The position numbers and the translations under genes are program-made. Positions 1 to 8,364 of a DNA stretch of 20,061 nt are shown one piece after another. Under the pieces are notes generated by a model, which searched no databases, was not told where the DNA came from, and saw only the letters and a list, made by a program, of their open reading frames with translations. Position 1 is the stretch's first letter; each line of letters opens with the position of its first letter. Origin of the DNA: Candidatus Methylomirabilia bacterium (GTDB lineage Bacteria > Methylomirabilota > Methylomirabilia > Rokubacteriales > CSP1-6); NCBI GenBank assembly GCA_041492755.1, contig JBGPXN010000081.1, forward strand, positions 1 to 20,061, given 5' to 3'.

Positions 1-67
1 CCCCCCGCGCTCGGAGCGCCGCGGCGGAGCCGGGGCGCGCCTCGAATTCCCTCACACCCTCTGAGTC

Positions 68-421
68 TCACTGGGGCGTGATCCGGCGCACCCAGTAGTA
101 GCGGGCGATCCGCCACACGTCGGCCGGGGCCACCCGGTTCAGCAACACCGTCGTCCCCCGCACTCCGCTCACCACCCCGTGGTCCTGGAAGATCCGGATA
201 TGGAAGTCCTCGGGCGCGAAGCCGAGCGTGATGGCGACGTTCACGGGGTTGCCGCGCTCGAGCACGGGCGCAAGCGCGGGGTCGAGGCGGCGCGGCGCGC
301 TCGCGACGAGATAGACCTCCCAGCCGCCCCACAGCAGCGCGACGACGACGAGAAACCCGACGGTGCGGTGGCGGAGGGCGCTCACGAGCCGGCGCGTCTG
401 CACCGCTCGGATGGTGTTCAT
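68..421 (-). CDS. Hypothetical membrane-anchored protein (117 aa), last gene of the NitT/TauT ABC operon
   Basis: ATG at 421 (MNTIRAV...). One hydrophobic helix (VGFLVVVALLWGGWEVYLVA) precedes a small soluble domain. Co-oriented with the upstream permeases. The longer 538 start overlaps the permease; the start choice is uncertain. Confidence 0.7.
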   Translation of the reverse strand: MNTIRAVQTRRLVSALRHRTVGFLVVVALLWGGWEVYLVASAPRRLDPALAPVLERGNPVNVAITLGFAPEDFHIRIFQDHGVVSGVRGTTVLLNRVAPADVWRIARYYWVRRITPQ

Positions 422-452
422 GACGAGCCGCGTCCCCACCGCTCGCCGGTGC

Positions 453-1223
453 TCACGACGACACCAGCCCCCAGCGCTCGATGGTGCGACGCTCCAGCGG
501 TTGGAGAATGAGCCGATCGGTCGCCAGCCACAGCCCACCGATCGTGATGATCCCGGCCAGGATCGTGTCGGTCTGATGGAAGTTGCCCGCGTTGAAGATC
601 ATGAAGCCGAGCCCGGTGCTGGTGGCGATCATCTCGGCGGCGATGAGCGCGCGCCAGCCAAAGCCGATGCTCATGCGGATGCCCGTCACGATGCTCGGCA
701 TGGCGCCCGGAATCAACACCTGGAAGATGACCTGCGCGCGCGATCCGCCCAGCGTCCGCACCGCCTGCTCGAAGACGCGGGGCACCGTGCGCACCCCGAC
801 CAGCGTGTTGAAGAACACCAGGAAGAACACCGTGTTGAACATGATGAACGTCACGCACGCCCATCCCAGGCCGAACCAGGTGACGGCCAGCGGCAGCCAG
901 GCGATGCCGGAGAGCGCGTTGAAGAAGCTGGCGATGGGCTCGAGCACGGTGGCCACGCGCCGGCTGAGGGCCACCAGCACGCCGGCCCCGACGGCCAGCG
1001 GCACGCTCACGACGACGCCGAGCAGGACCCGTCCCAGGCTGGCGCCGATGTTGACCCAGAGCGAGCCGTCACCCGCCAGCTCCCAGCCCGTGCGCAGCAC
1101 TTCGGTCGGGGCGGGCAGGAAGATGGGCGGCAGCACACCAGCCCGACTCACGGCAGCCCACGCCACGATGAGCACCAGAAACGGCAGGGCTCCTCGTCCC
1201 GCGCCCGCCAGCCGGGTGGTCAT
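453..1223 (-). CDS. ABC transporter permease, NitT/TauT (SsuC/TauC-like)
   Basis: ATG at 1223 forms an ATGA overlap with the upstream stop. Multi-TM protein with an EAA-like loop (EQAVRTLGGSRAQVIFQVLIPGAMPSIVTGIR) and WRALIAAEM...GLGF. Confidence 0.93.
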   Translation of the reverse strand: MTTRLAGAGRGALPFLVLIVAWAAVSRAGVLPPIFLPAPTEVLRTGWELAGDGSLWVNIGASLGRVLLGVVVSVPLAVGAGVLVALSRRVATVLEPIASFFNALSGIAWLPLAVTWFGLGWACVTFIMFNTVFFLVFFNTLVGVRTVPRVFEQAVRTLGGSRAQVIFQVLIPGAMPSIVTGIRMSIGFGWRALIAAEMIATSTGLGFMIFNAGNFHQTDTILAGIITIGGLWLATDRLILQPLERRTIERWGLVSS

Positions 1224-1987
1224 CGCTGCACGAGGCCCCAGCGCGCGATCGTCGCCGCTTCCAGCGGACGCAGCACGAAGTAGTCGAGCAGGAGCCACAG
1301 CGCGCCGATCACCGCCATGCCGAGCATGATCCGCGCGGTCAGGTGGAAATTCTGGGCGCTGAAGATCATGAACCCGAGCCCGTGCGCACCGACGAGCATC
1401 TCGGCGGCGATGAGCGCGCGCCAGCCGTAGGCGAGGCCGAGGCGCATGCCGGTGGCGATGCTCGGCAGCGCGCCGGGCAGGAACACGTCGCGCGCGATCC
1501 GCCCGCGCGACGCCCCGAGCGTGCGGAGGGCATCGACGTAGATTCGCGGCACGCTCCGCACGCCGAGCAGCGTGTTGAACGCTACCGGGAATACGACGGT
1601 GTAGTTGACCGCGATCAGGATCGTCCGCTCGCCAAAACCGAACCAGACGAGCATCAGGGGCAGCCACGCGATGCCTGACACCGCCTGGAAGAAGTTCAGC
1701 ATCGGATAGACGAACTCGGCCACGCGACGGCTCGTCCCGAGCAGCAGGCCGACCGGTACCGCCACGGCGAAGGCCACGAGCGCCGCCGTCACCATCCGCC
1801 CCAGGCTCGCGGCCACGTACGTCGGCAGGATGCCCTTGGCGACGAGCTCGGTGAAGGCCGTCAACACCGCCGTCGGCGGCGGCAACATGTACGAAGGTAC
1901 CGGCAGCGTGGCCGCGGCCACGCTCCACGCCCCGAACAAGCCGGCAAGGAGCGCGATCCAGGTGACCACGGTCTCGAGCGCGCTCAC
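1220..1987 (-). CDS. ABC transporter permease, NitT/TauT (SsuC/TauC-like)
   Basis: DALRTLGASRGRIARDVFLPGALPSIATGMR loop and WRALIAAEM motif; paralogous to 453-1223. Confidence 0.93.
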   Translation of the reverse strand: MSALETVVTWIALLAGLFGAWSVAAATLPVPSYMLPPPTAVLTAFTELVAKGILPTYVAASLGRMVTAALVAFAVAVPVGLLLGTSRRVAEFVYPMLNFFQAVSGIAWLPLMLVWFGFGERTILIAVNYTVVFPVAFNTLLGVRSVPRIYVDALRTLGASRGRIARDVFLPGALPSIATGMRLGLAYGWRALIAAEMLVGAHGLGFMIFSAQNFHLTARIMLGMAVIGALWLLLDYFVLRPLEAATIARWGLVQR

Positions 1988-2023
1988 GTCAGGCGCCCGT
2001 TCCCGTGCCCGCCGGGTCGTCGC

Positions 2024-2815
2024 TCACGCCGGCGCGCCCCCGTCGACTTCGGCGCGGACCAGCTTGAGCACCTGGTCGCGGGTGGCGTCGAACGCGGGCT
2101 CCGAGGCGAGCAGCTTCCACGTCCGCCGCGCGCGCGGGATGGGCACGGGCACCAGGGCCTTGATCCGTCCGGGGTGGCGCGACAGCACGCAACAGCGATC
2201 GCCGAGGAACACCGCCTCCTCGACGTTGTGGGTCACGAACACGATCGTCTTGCCGGTGGCCTGCGCGATGGCGTTCAACTCCTCGCCCAGCGTGATGCGG
2301 GTCTGGGCATCCACCGCGGCGAACGGCTCGTCCATCAGCATGACCTCGGGATTCGCGGCCAGCGTGCGCGCCACCGCAACCCGCTGCTTCATGCCGCCCG
2401 ACAGCTCGTGGGGATACTTCTTCTCGAACCCGACCAGCCCGACCAGCTCCACGAAGCGGCGCACCGTCTGCTCCCGCTCGGGCTTCGGCACGCGCTGGAT
2501 CTCGAGCCCATGGGCGATGTTCCGCTCGACGGTGCGCCAGGGCAGGATGGCGAATTCCTGGAACACCACGCCGCGGTCGGGTCCGGGGCCGCTCACCGGC
2601 CGGCCGTCGAGCAGGATCTCGCCGCGCGTGGGCGCGAGCAGGCCGGCCACGATGGCGAGCAGCGTGCTCTTGCCGCAGCCGCTGGGGCCGACCACGGCGA
2701 GAACTTCCCCGTTGGCGACGTCCAGATCGATGCCGTCCAGCGCCACCACCCGTTCGCGCGTGAACGGGTTGACGTACTCGTGGCGCAGTCCGCGCACGGC
2801 GATCTTCGCGCTCAC
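2024..2815 (-). CDS. ABC transporter ATP-binding protein, NitT/TauT (SsuB/TauB-like)
   Basis: Walker A GPSGCGKST, Q-loop VVFQE, signature LSGGMKQR, Walker B LMDEPF and switch VTH. Confidence 0.96.
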   Translation of the reverse strand: MSAKIAVRGLRHEYVNPFTRERVVALDGIDLDVANGEVLAVVGPSGCGKSTLLAIVAGLLAPTRGEILLDGRPVSGPGPDRGVVFQEFAILPWRTVERNIAHGLEIQRVPKPEREQTVRRFVELVGLVGFEKKYPHELSGGMKQRVAVARTLAANPEVMLMDEPFAAVDAQTRITLGEELNAIAQATGKTIVFVTHNVEEAVFLGDRCCVLSRHPGRIKALVPVPIPRARRTWKLLASEPAFDATRDQVLKLVRAEVDGGAPA

Positions 2816-2857
2816 GACGCGGCGGTCGCTTCCCTCACGTCGCCCGCGGTGTGCTCG

Positions 2858-3871
2858 TCACTTCACCGGCGGCAGCTCGGCGAAGAACTGGGGATGGCTC
2901 TTCATGACCTTCTCGATGAAGCGCAGCTCGATCCCCTGCTGCCACGGCAGCGGCGCCCGCAGCTTCTTCTGCTCCAGCAACGTCTTGATGTTCTCGTCCC
3001 ACGCCGCCACCGTCTGGGTGGTGATGCGGGGGTCGAAGACCATGTGGCCCAGCGCCTTGCGGGCGATGGGGGCTTCGAGTCCGGGCACCCAGCGGGTCGA
3101 GATCTCGGCCGCCTCGTCCGGATTCTTCCGCGTGTACGCGACCGCCTCGACCATCCCGAGCACGTAGCGCTCGACGACGTCCGGGCTCTTGTCGATGACG
3201 TCGTTCCGCACACCCATGTTGATGTAGTAACCGATGTGACCGCCGCCCCGGCTCACCAGCACCGCGTCGGGTACGCGGGCCTCCACCAGCGAGCCGTACG
3301 GCTCCCACACCGCGACGGCATCCACGCTCCCGCCCTGGAGCGCCGAGACGATGTTGCCGGGCGGAACGTTCAGAACCTGCACCTTGTCCCGCGGGATGCC
3401 CTTCTTGGCCAGGAGCACGCCGAGGTACTCGTCGGCCGTGCCCCCCACCGGGGTGCCGAGCTTCCGCCCCGCGAGATCCTCCACTTTCGTGACGCCCGTC
3501 CCCTTGCGCGTGAAGATGGTAATCGACTGGTCCCAGTACTTGCCGCTGCGGTCACCGATGACGCCGACGACGCCGCGAGCGGCCAGGCCGCGCTCGACCG
3601 CGACCGGGAAGTTCGAGAACGCCGAGCCGATGATCTGCACTTCGCCGGCCTGCAGCGCCTTGGCCATCTCCTGACCAGTGTTGAGGACCTTGAGCTTCAG
3701 GTCGATGCCGTGCTTGAGGAAGATGCCCTTCTCGACGCCGACAAAGCTCGGGACGTGATTCATGTTGTTGCCGACGGCCGCGTGCAGCACCGTCGGCGAC
3801 TGCGCGGCGACGGACCACGCCAGGGCGGCCACCAACAGGAGGGCGACCGCAAGGCTGCCAGTGCGTTTCAT
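2858..3871 (-). CDS. ABC substrate-binding protein, NitT/TauT/SsuA/NMT1 family (337 aa)
   Basis: True start is ATG 3871 (MKRTGSLAVALLLVAALAWSVAA-Q signal peptide) after a GAGGAG RBS. Family motifs VEDLAGRKLGTPVG and GSVDAVAVWEPY. Confidence 0.92.
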   Translation of the reverse strand: MKRTGSLAVALLLVAALAWSVAAQSPTVLHAAVGNNMNHVPSFVGVEKGIFLKHGIDLKLKVLNTGQEMAKALQAGEVQIIGSAFSNFPVAVERGLAARGVVGVIGDRSGKYWDQSITIFTRKGTGVTKVEDLAGRKLGTPVGGTADEYLGVLLAKKGIPRDKVQVLNVPPGNIVSALQGGSVDAVAVWEPYGSLVEARVPDAVLVSRGGGHIGYYINMGVRNDVIDKSPDVVERYVLGMVEAVAYTRKNPDEAAEISTRWVPGLEAPIARKALGHMVFDPRITTQTVAAWDENIKTLLEQKKLRAPLPWQQGIELRFIEKVMKSHPQFFAELPPVK

Positions 3872-3946
3872 GTCGTACTCTCCTCTCGCGGAATGCGGGC
3901 CAGTATATGTCATGCGCCCGGTTGGTCCTTCAGCCGCGCAGGTGGT

Positions 3947-4081
3947 GCCGGAGCTCAACATCCCGACCCCACCGGCGCCGGCCACGGCGGCGGCGAGGTC
4001 GACGGTCGCCACGTGCCCCATGGGTGCCTGCTGGATGGGCACGCGACAGCCGAGAAGCTGCGTGAACCGGGTGGTGAGCAC
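3947..4081 (-). pseudogene. N-terminal remnant (~45 aa) of a nitronate monooxygenase-family flavoprotein
   Basis: GTG start with a [30 protein letters not shown]...LAAAVAGAGGVGML is the typical family N-terminus; the similarity then stops abruptly. Confidence 0.75.
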
Positions 4082-4213
4082 GGTGTTCTCCCGCGGGTGT
4101 GGGTCGTGGACGGGTCGATCCTACCTCGACTGTCGAGGTCGACGCGCGAATGGGATCCGGCGGGCGGTGTCTCGGGTTAGTATTTCGTGCGAATCCTGTT
4201 CGAGGAGGTGCGC

Positions 4214-4768
4214 ATGCGAACCAGAGGCCGAGTCCTCAGGGCAGTCGCCACCGGAGCGCTTCTGACACTGGCGACCGCCAGCACAACCCAGGCCGTCGAG
4301 GTCGGTCAGAAGGCGCCCGATTTCACCCTGTCCGACCCCAACGGCAAGCAGGTGAAGCTGGCCGACCTGCTCGGCAAGGGCCCCGTCGTGATCTACACCT
4401 TCATCCAGGCCTTCACCCCGACCTGACTCCGCGAGATCCAGGGCTTCGACGCGGCTCTGCCGCAGTTCGAGGCCGTGAACGCCCAGGTAGTGGGCGTAAG
4501 CGCGGATGCCGCACCGACCCTCAAGGCGTTCGTCAAAGACAACAACACCAAGCATCTGCTCCTCGCGGATATCCGGCGCACGATGCTGCCGGCGTACGGT
4601 GCCGTCATCACCGACGAGAAGCACCCGCTGTTCCGCTATCCCAAGCGCGCCTATTTCATCCTCGACAAGACCGGCACCGTGAAGTACGTCAAAGTCATGA
4701 ACAACCCGACCGACCTCCTCAAGGCCGAAGAAGTGCTCGCGGCCATCAAGGAGTCCGGCGCATCATGA
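4214..4768 (+). CDS. Predicted selenoprotein: exported AhpC/TSA (BCP/AhpE-like) peroxiredoxin, Sec at codon 71 (TGA 4424-4426), 184 aa
   Basis: GAGGAGG RBS, ATG 4214 and signal peptide (...[10 protein letters not shown]). [10 protein letters not shown], then AFTPT-TGA-LREIQGF stays in frame into VVGVSAD and KRAYFILD. The TGA occupies the peroxidatic Cys position of FTPxC. Confidence 0.88.
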
Positions 4769-5295
4769 AGCGCCTCGCGGCGTCCGCGCTCGCCCTCGCG
4801 TTGCTGGCGGGGTCGGCCGCGGGCGCCGCCCCTAACTTCGCCGATCTCGGGCTACAGCCTTATGAGCCGCCGAAGCCGGCGCCTGAGTTCACACTCCCGG
4901 ACGTCGAGGGCAAGTCCACGTCGCTCGCCACCCTGCGCGGCAAGGTCGTCCTGCTCTTCTTCTGGGCGACCTGGTGACCCACCTGTCGGGAGGAGTTACC
5001 TTCCGTCAACGCGATGTACAAGGAGTTGAGGGGGCAGGGGCTCGAGGTCTTGCTGATCAGCTTCCGCGAGAATCCCGACCTCGTGCGGCGGACCGTTCGT
5101 GAGCGTAGTTACATCGCCCCCGTGCTCATCGACGAGCCGGGGGAGGTGACGGGCGTGCGCTACGGCGTGTGGGGCCCGCCGACGGTCTACCTCGTCGACC
5201 GCCAGGGGCGTCTGGTCGCGCGCGGTGTCGGGCCGCGCGCCTGGTCGAGCCCGGCCGCGCGCAAGGTCATCGCGGAGCTTCTCGCCGCGCGCTGA
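4765..5295 (+). CDS. Predicted selenoprotein: exported TlpA/ResA-like thiol-disulfide oxidoreductase with UxxC motif, Sec at codon 71 (TGA 4975-4977), 176 aa
   Basis: ATGA overlap with the upstream gene, AAGGAG RBS and signal peptide. [12 protein letters not shown]...[23 protein letters not shown] matches WASWCxxCxxExP, and the frame continues to [16 protein letters not shown]. Confidence 0.92.
4984..5008 (+). promoter_or_regulatory. Bacterial SECIS-like hairpin
   Basis: CGGGAGG (4987-4993) pairs with CCTTCCG (4999-5005) around an AGUUA loop. The loop lies 16 nt after the UGA and has GU at positions 2-3. The stretch uses codons rare in this DNA (TTA, CCT, TGT). Confidence 0.75.
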
Positions 5296-5460
5296 CGACC
5301 TGCTACCGGATCACCTGATCGGCCCGCTGCAAGCAACGACTGGGGAATCGTCAGTCCGAGCGTAATGCACCACCGCGCGCGCTATAGAGTGGCGAGCGGC
5401 GCGACGGGCGCCAGGTGCGCCACCCTCTGAGACAACGACCCGACCGCGAGAGGATGAGCC

Positions 5461-6399
5461 ATGAGCGACATCGTACGGAACGCGGTGCAGAAGTATCGGA
5501 ACTGGGGGAAGTGGGGACCGGAAGACGAGCTGGGGACGCTCAACTACATCACGCCCGACGTCATCAAGCGCTCGGCGCAGATGGTGCGGCGGGGTGAGAG
5601 CTTCTCGCTCGCGATTCCGTTCGACAGCACCGGCCCCCAGATCAACCAGCCGCGACGCTTCAACCCCATCCACCGCATGATCCTCACCGGTCCCGACTTC
5701 ACCACCGGCGCGTTCCATCGGCCCGGCGGCGTCGGGTTCGCGGACGACATGATCATCATGGCGCTTCAGTGCGGAACCCAGTGGGACGCGCTGTCGCACT
5801 GCTTCCTCGACGGCCGCCTCTACAACGGATACGACGCGAACCTGGTCTCCAGCACCGGCGCCAAGCGCAACGGGATCCACATGATGGCGCGGCACATCGT
5901 CAGCCGCGGCGTGCTGCTCGACGTCGCGCGCGTCAAGGGCGTGCCGTGGCTGGAGCCCGGCTACGCGATCACCAGCGCCGACCTGGACGCCGCCGCGCGT
6001 GCCCACAAGGTCAGCGTCGGCACCGGCGACGCCGTGCTGATCCGCACCGGGCAGATGGCCATGTGCCGGAGCCAGGGCGGCTGGGGCGACTACGCCGGTG
6101 GCGACGCGCCGGGACTCTCGTTCCACTCCGCCGGCTGGATTCACGAGCGGCAGGTCGCGGCGATCGCGACCGACACGTGGGGCATGGAGGTCCGGCCGAA
6201 CGAGATCCCGGACTCGTACCAGCCGCTGCACCAGGTGCTCATCCCGGGCATGGGACTGCTGGTGGGCGAGATCTTCGACCTCGAGGGCCTCGCCGAGGAC
6301 TGCGCCCGCGACGGCGTCTACGAGTTCCAGTTCGTCGCGCCCCCGCTGCCGATCACGGGCGCGGTGGGCTCGCCGATCAACCCGCTCGCCATCAAGTAA
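5461..6399 (+). CDS. Cyclase family (kynurenine formamidase-like) metal-dependent hydrolase
   Basis: NWGKWGPEDELGTLN, QCGTQWDALSH, GDAVLIRTG, GEIFDLEGL and PLPITGAVGSPINPLA motifs; GAGG RBS. Confidence 0.92.
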   Translation: MSDIVRNAVQKYRNWGKWGPEDELGTLNYITPDVIKRSAQMVRRGESFSLAIPFDSTGPQINQPRRFNPIHRMILTGPDFTTGAFHRPGGVGFADDMIIMALQCGTQWDALSHCFLDGRLYNGYDANLVSSTGAKRNGIHMMARHIVSRGVLLDVARVKGVPWLEPGYAITSADLDAAARAHKVSVGTGDAVLIRTGQMAMCRSQGGWGDYAGGDAPGLSFHSAGWIHERQVAAIATDTWGMEVRPNEIPDSYQPLHQVLIPGMGLLVGEIFDLEGLAEDCARDGVYEFQFVAPPLPITGAVGSPINPLAIK

Positions 6400-6451
6400 G
6401 CCGCGGGCGTAGGCGCGCATCGCGTCCGCGGCCCCCACCAGATTCGCCCGC

Positions 6452-7336
6452 ATGACCTTCTTCCTGGCTCTCGTGGTGGACGGGACACTCGCGGGTAGTC
6501 TCTACGCGCTCGTCGCCCTCGCCTTCGTCGTCGTGTACAAGGCCGCCCGTATGATCAACTTCGCCCTCGGTGAATGGATGATGCTGGCGTCGAGGTTCGT
6601 CGCGGTCGGCGTGCACGGCTTCGGCCTGGGGCTCGCGGGATCGCTCGGCCTCGGATGCGCCGGCATGGTGGCGCTGGCCGTGCTCTTCAACCGCATCGTG
6701 CTGCGCCGGTTGGTCGGGCGCCCCCTGATCTCGCTGATCATGGTGACCATCGGTCTGGGCGCGTTCATTCGCGGCGCGGCCGCGCTGGCGTTCGCCGGCA
6801 TCCCGTCTCGCCTGCCCCTGCCCGTGCCCGAGGATGGCTTCACGATCTCCGGCGTGCCGGTGGCGGCCGACAAGCTCGTGGCCGCCGCCATCGCCGCCGT
6901 CTGCATCGCGATGGTGGCCTGGTTCTTCCACGCGACCCGAACCGGCGTGGCGCTGCGGGCCATCGCCGACGACCAGCAAACCGCGATGGCGGTCGGCATC
7001 GACCTCGACCGGTACTTCACGATCACGTGGGCTCTCGTCGGCGTCATCTCGGTCCTCGCCGGCACGCTGTGGGCGTTCGTGACCGGCGGCTCGTTCAGCC
7101 TCGTCCTCCTCGGCCTTCGCGTCTTCCCCATCGTCATCATCGGCGGCCTCGACAGCATCCCCGGCACCATCATCGGGGCCATCGTCGTCGGCGTACTGGA
7201 GAGTCTGGCCGCCGGGTATCTCGATCCCATCCTCGGCGGCGGCTTCAGCAACGTCGCGTCGTACGTTCTCCTGGTCATCGCCCTGCTCATCCGCCCCAAC
7301 GGATTGTTCGGCCGGCCGAACATCGAACACGTGTGA
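6452..7336 (+). CDS. Branched-chain amino acid ABC permease (LivH-like), orphan
   Basis: GSLYALVALAF..VY..INFALGE, TRTGVALRAIADD and IIGGLDSIPG motifs. Confidence 0.92.
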   Translation: MTFFLALVVDGTLAGSLYALVALAFVVVYKAARMINFALGEWMMLASRFVAVGVHGFGLGLAGSLGLGCAGMVALAVLFNRIVLRRLVGRPLISLIMVTIGLGAFIRGAAALAFAGIPSRLPLPVPEDGFTISGVPVAADKLVAAAIAAVCIAMVAWFFHATRTGVALRAIADDQQTAMAVGIDLDRYFTITWALVGVISVLAGTLWAFVTGGSFSLVLLGLRVFPIVIIGGLDSIPGTIIGAIVVGVLESLAAGYLDPILGGGFSNVASYVLLVIALLIRPNGLFGRPNIEHV

Positions 7337-7338
7337 CC

Positions 7339-7457
7339 GGGCCGATGAAAACGGCCCATCTGCGTCGTTGACTCGTCGCTCCTCCCTGCGACGTGGCCGG
7401 GCCACGTCTCGGTCGTCGCTCCTCGTCGCCTAGCATCTGGACCGTTTTGATCGGCCC
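7339..7457. repeat. 119-bp palindromic intergenic element (REP/MITE-like) between convergent genes
   Basis: Terminal inverted repeats GGGCCGATGAAAACGG / CCGTTTTGATCGGCCC, central hairpin GACGTGGC-CGG-GCCACGTC (7390-7408), and TCGTCGCTCCTC present twice. Confidence 0.7.
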
Positions 7458-7471
7458 GCCACCAACCGGGT

Positions 7472-8296
7472 TCATCGGCCCGTCAACCCGCGGATAAAGT
7501 CGTCGAGGAAGAAATTGTAGAGGATCGCGACCGGCAGCCCGACCAGGAGGGCGGCCGCCATCAGCGAGCCCCAGTAGTAGATGTCGCCCCGGATCAGCGC
7601 CGTCGCCAGGCCAACCGTCACCGTCTGCTCGTACCGCGGCGACACGTAGACTACCGCGTACAGGAACTCCTGCATCGCCAGCGTGAAGGCGAAGATCATG
7701 GCGATGACGACGCCGGGGCGGCTCAGCGGCAGCACCACGTGCCAGAGCCCGCCGAGGACGCCGCACCCATCGACCCATGCCGCCTCCTCGATCTCGAAGG
7801 GCAAGGCCCGGAAGAACCCGATCAGGAACCACGTGCAGAACGGGATCGTGAAGGTCGGGTACACCACCACCAGCGCCCACCAGGAATCGAAGAGGCCGAG
7901 CCCGCCGACCACGCGGGCCAGCGGAAGGAACAGCACGATGTGGGGCACCAGATACGTCACGAAGATCGCGATCCCGATGTCGTCGGCCCGCGGCAACCGC
8001 AGCCGGGCGAGCGCGTACGCCGCGGGCGCCGCCGCCACCACCGTGATGGCGACCACGCAGACCGAGAGCAGCAGCGTGTTGACCAGCCAGGTCGTGAAGT
8101 AGGTCTGGGTGAACAGCGTGTGGAAGTTCTGGAGCGTCGGCGGCCGGTAAAACCAGAACGGAGACTGGCCCACGCGATAGAGGTCGGCCTCCTGCTTGAA
8201 GGCGGTGACGACCATCAACACGATGGGGACCAGCGCGATGACGAGGAAGGGCACGAGCCCGGCGTAGACCAGCGCGTGACGGAGGGGCGGTTTCAC
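7472..8296 (-). CDS. Carbohydrate ABC permease (MalG/UgpE-like), orphan
   Basis: EAA motif FFRALPFEIEEAAWVDGC, WLVNTLLLS and GDIYYWGSLMAAALL; GTG start. Confidence 0.92.
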   Translation of the reverse strand: MKPPLRHALVYAGLVPFLVIALVPIVLMVVTAFKQEADLYRVGQSPFWFYRPPTLQNFHTLFTQTYFTTWLVNTLLLSVCVVAITVVAAAPAAYALARLRLPRADDIGIAIFVTYLVPHIVLFLPLARVVGGLGLFDSWWALVVVYPTFTIPFCTWFLIGFFRALPFEIEEAAWVDGCGVLGGLWHVVLPLSRPGVVIAMIFAFTLAMQEFLYAVVYVSPRYEQTVTVGLATALIRGDIYYWGSLMAAALLVGLPVAILYNFFLDDFIRGLTGR

Positions 8297-8364
8297 CGGC
8301 GAGTAGAGTACGATACGAGCGCCTCGCCACGCGCGCGCGGTGGCGTCCCGGGAGGGATCGGACG

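Noticed and set aside
1..47. GC-rich hairpin at window start as a terminator or REP
   Set aside because: Truncated by the window edge, imperfect and without a U-tract, so it cannot be classified.
2858..4081. Genuine 407-aa NMO-binding protein fusion
   Set aside because: Only ~45 aa of the barrel enzyme are present, and the binding protein has its own RBS and signal peptide at 3871.
2174..4180. Long antisense or alternate-frame ORFs (668 aa here; also 1830-3167, 5311-6453, 8293-9753, 13269-14432, 17807-19123)
   Set aside because: Shadow ORFs of real genes in high-GC DNA, with no recognisable motifs.
4187..5295. Four separate ORFs or two nonsense pseudogenes (4187-4426, 4475-4768, 4099-4977, 5014-5295)
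   Set aside because: Both TGAs fall exactly on catalytic Cys positions with seamless in-frame continuation, and one has a SECIS-like hairpin. Selenocysteine is the simpler explanation.
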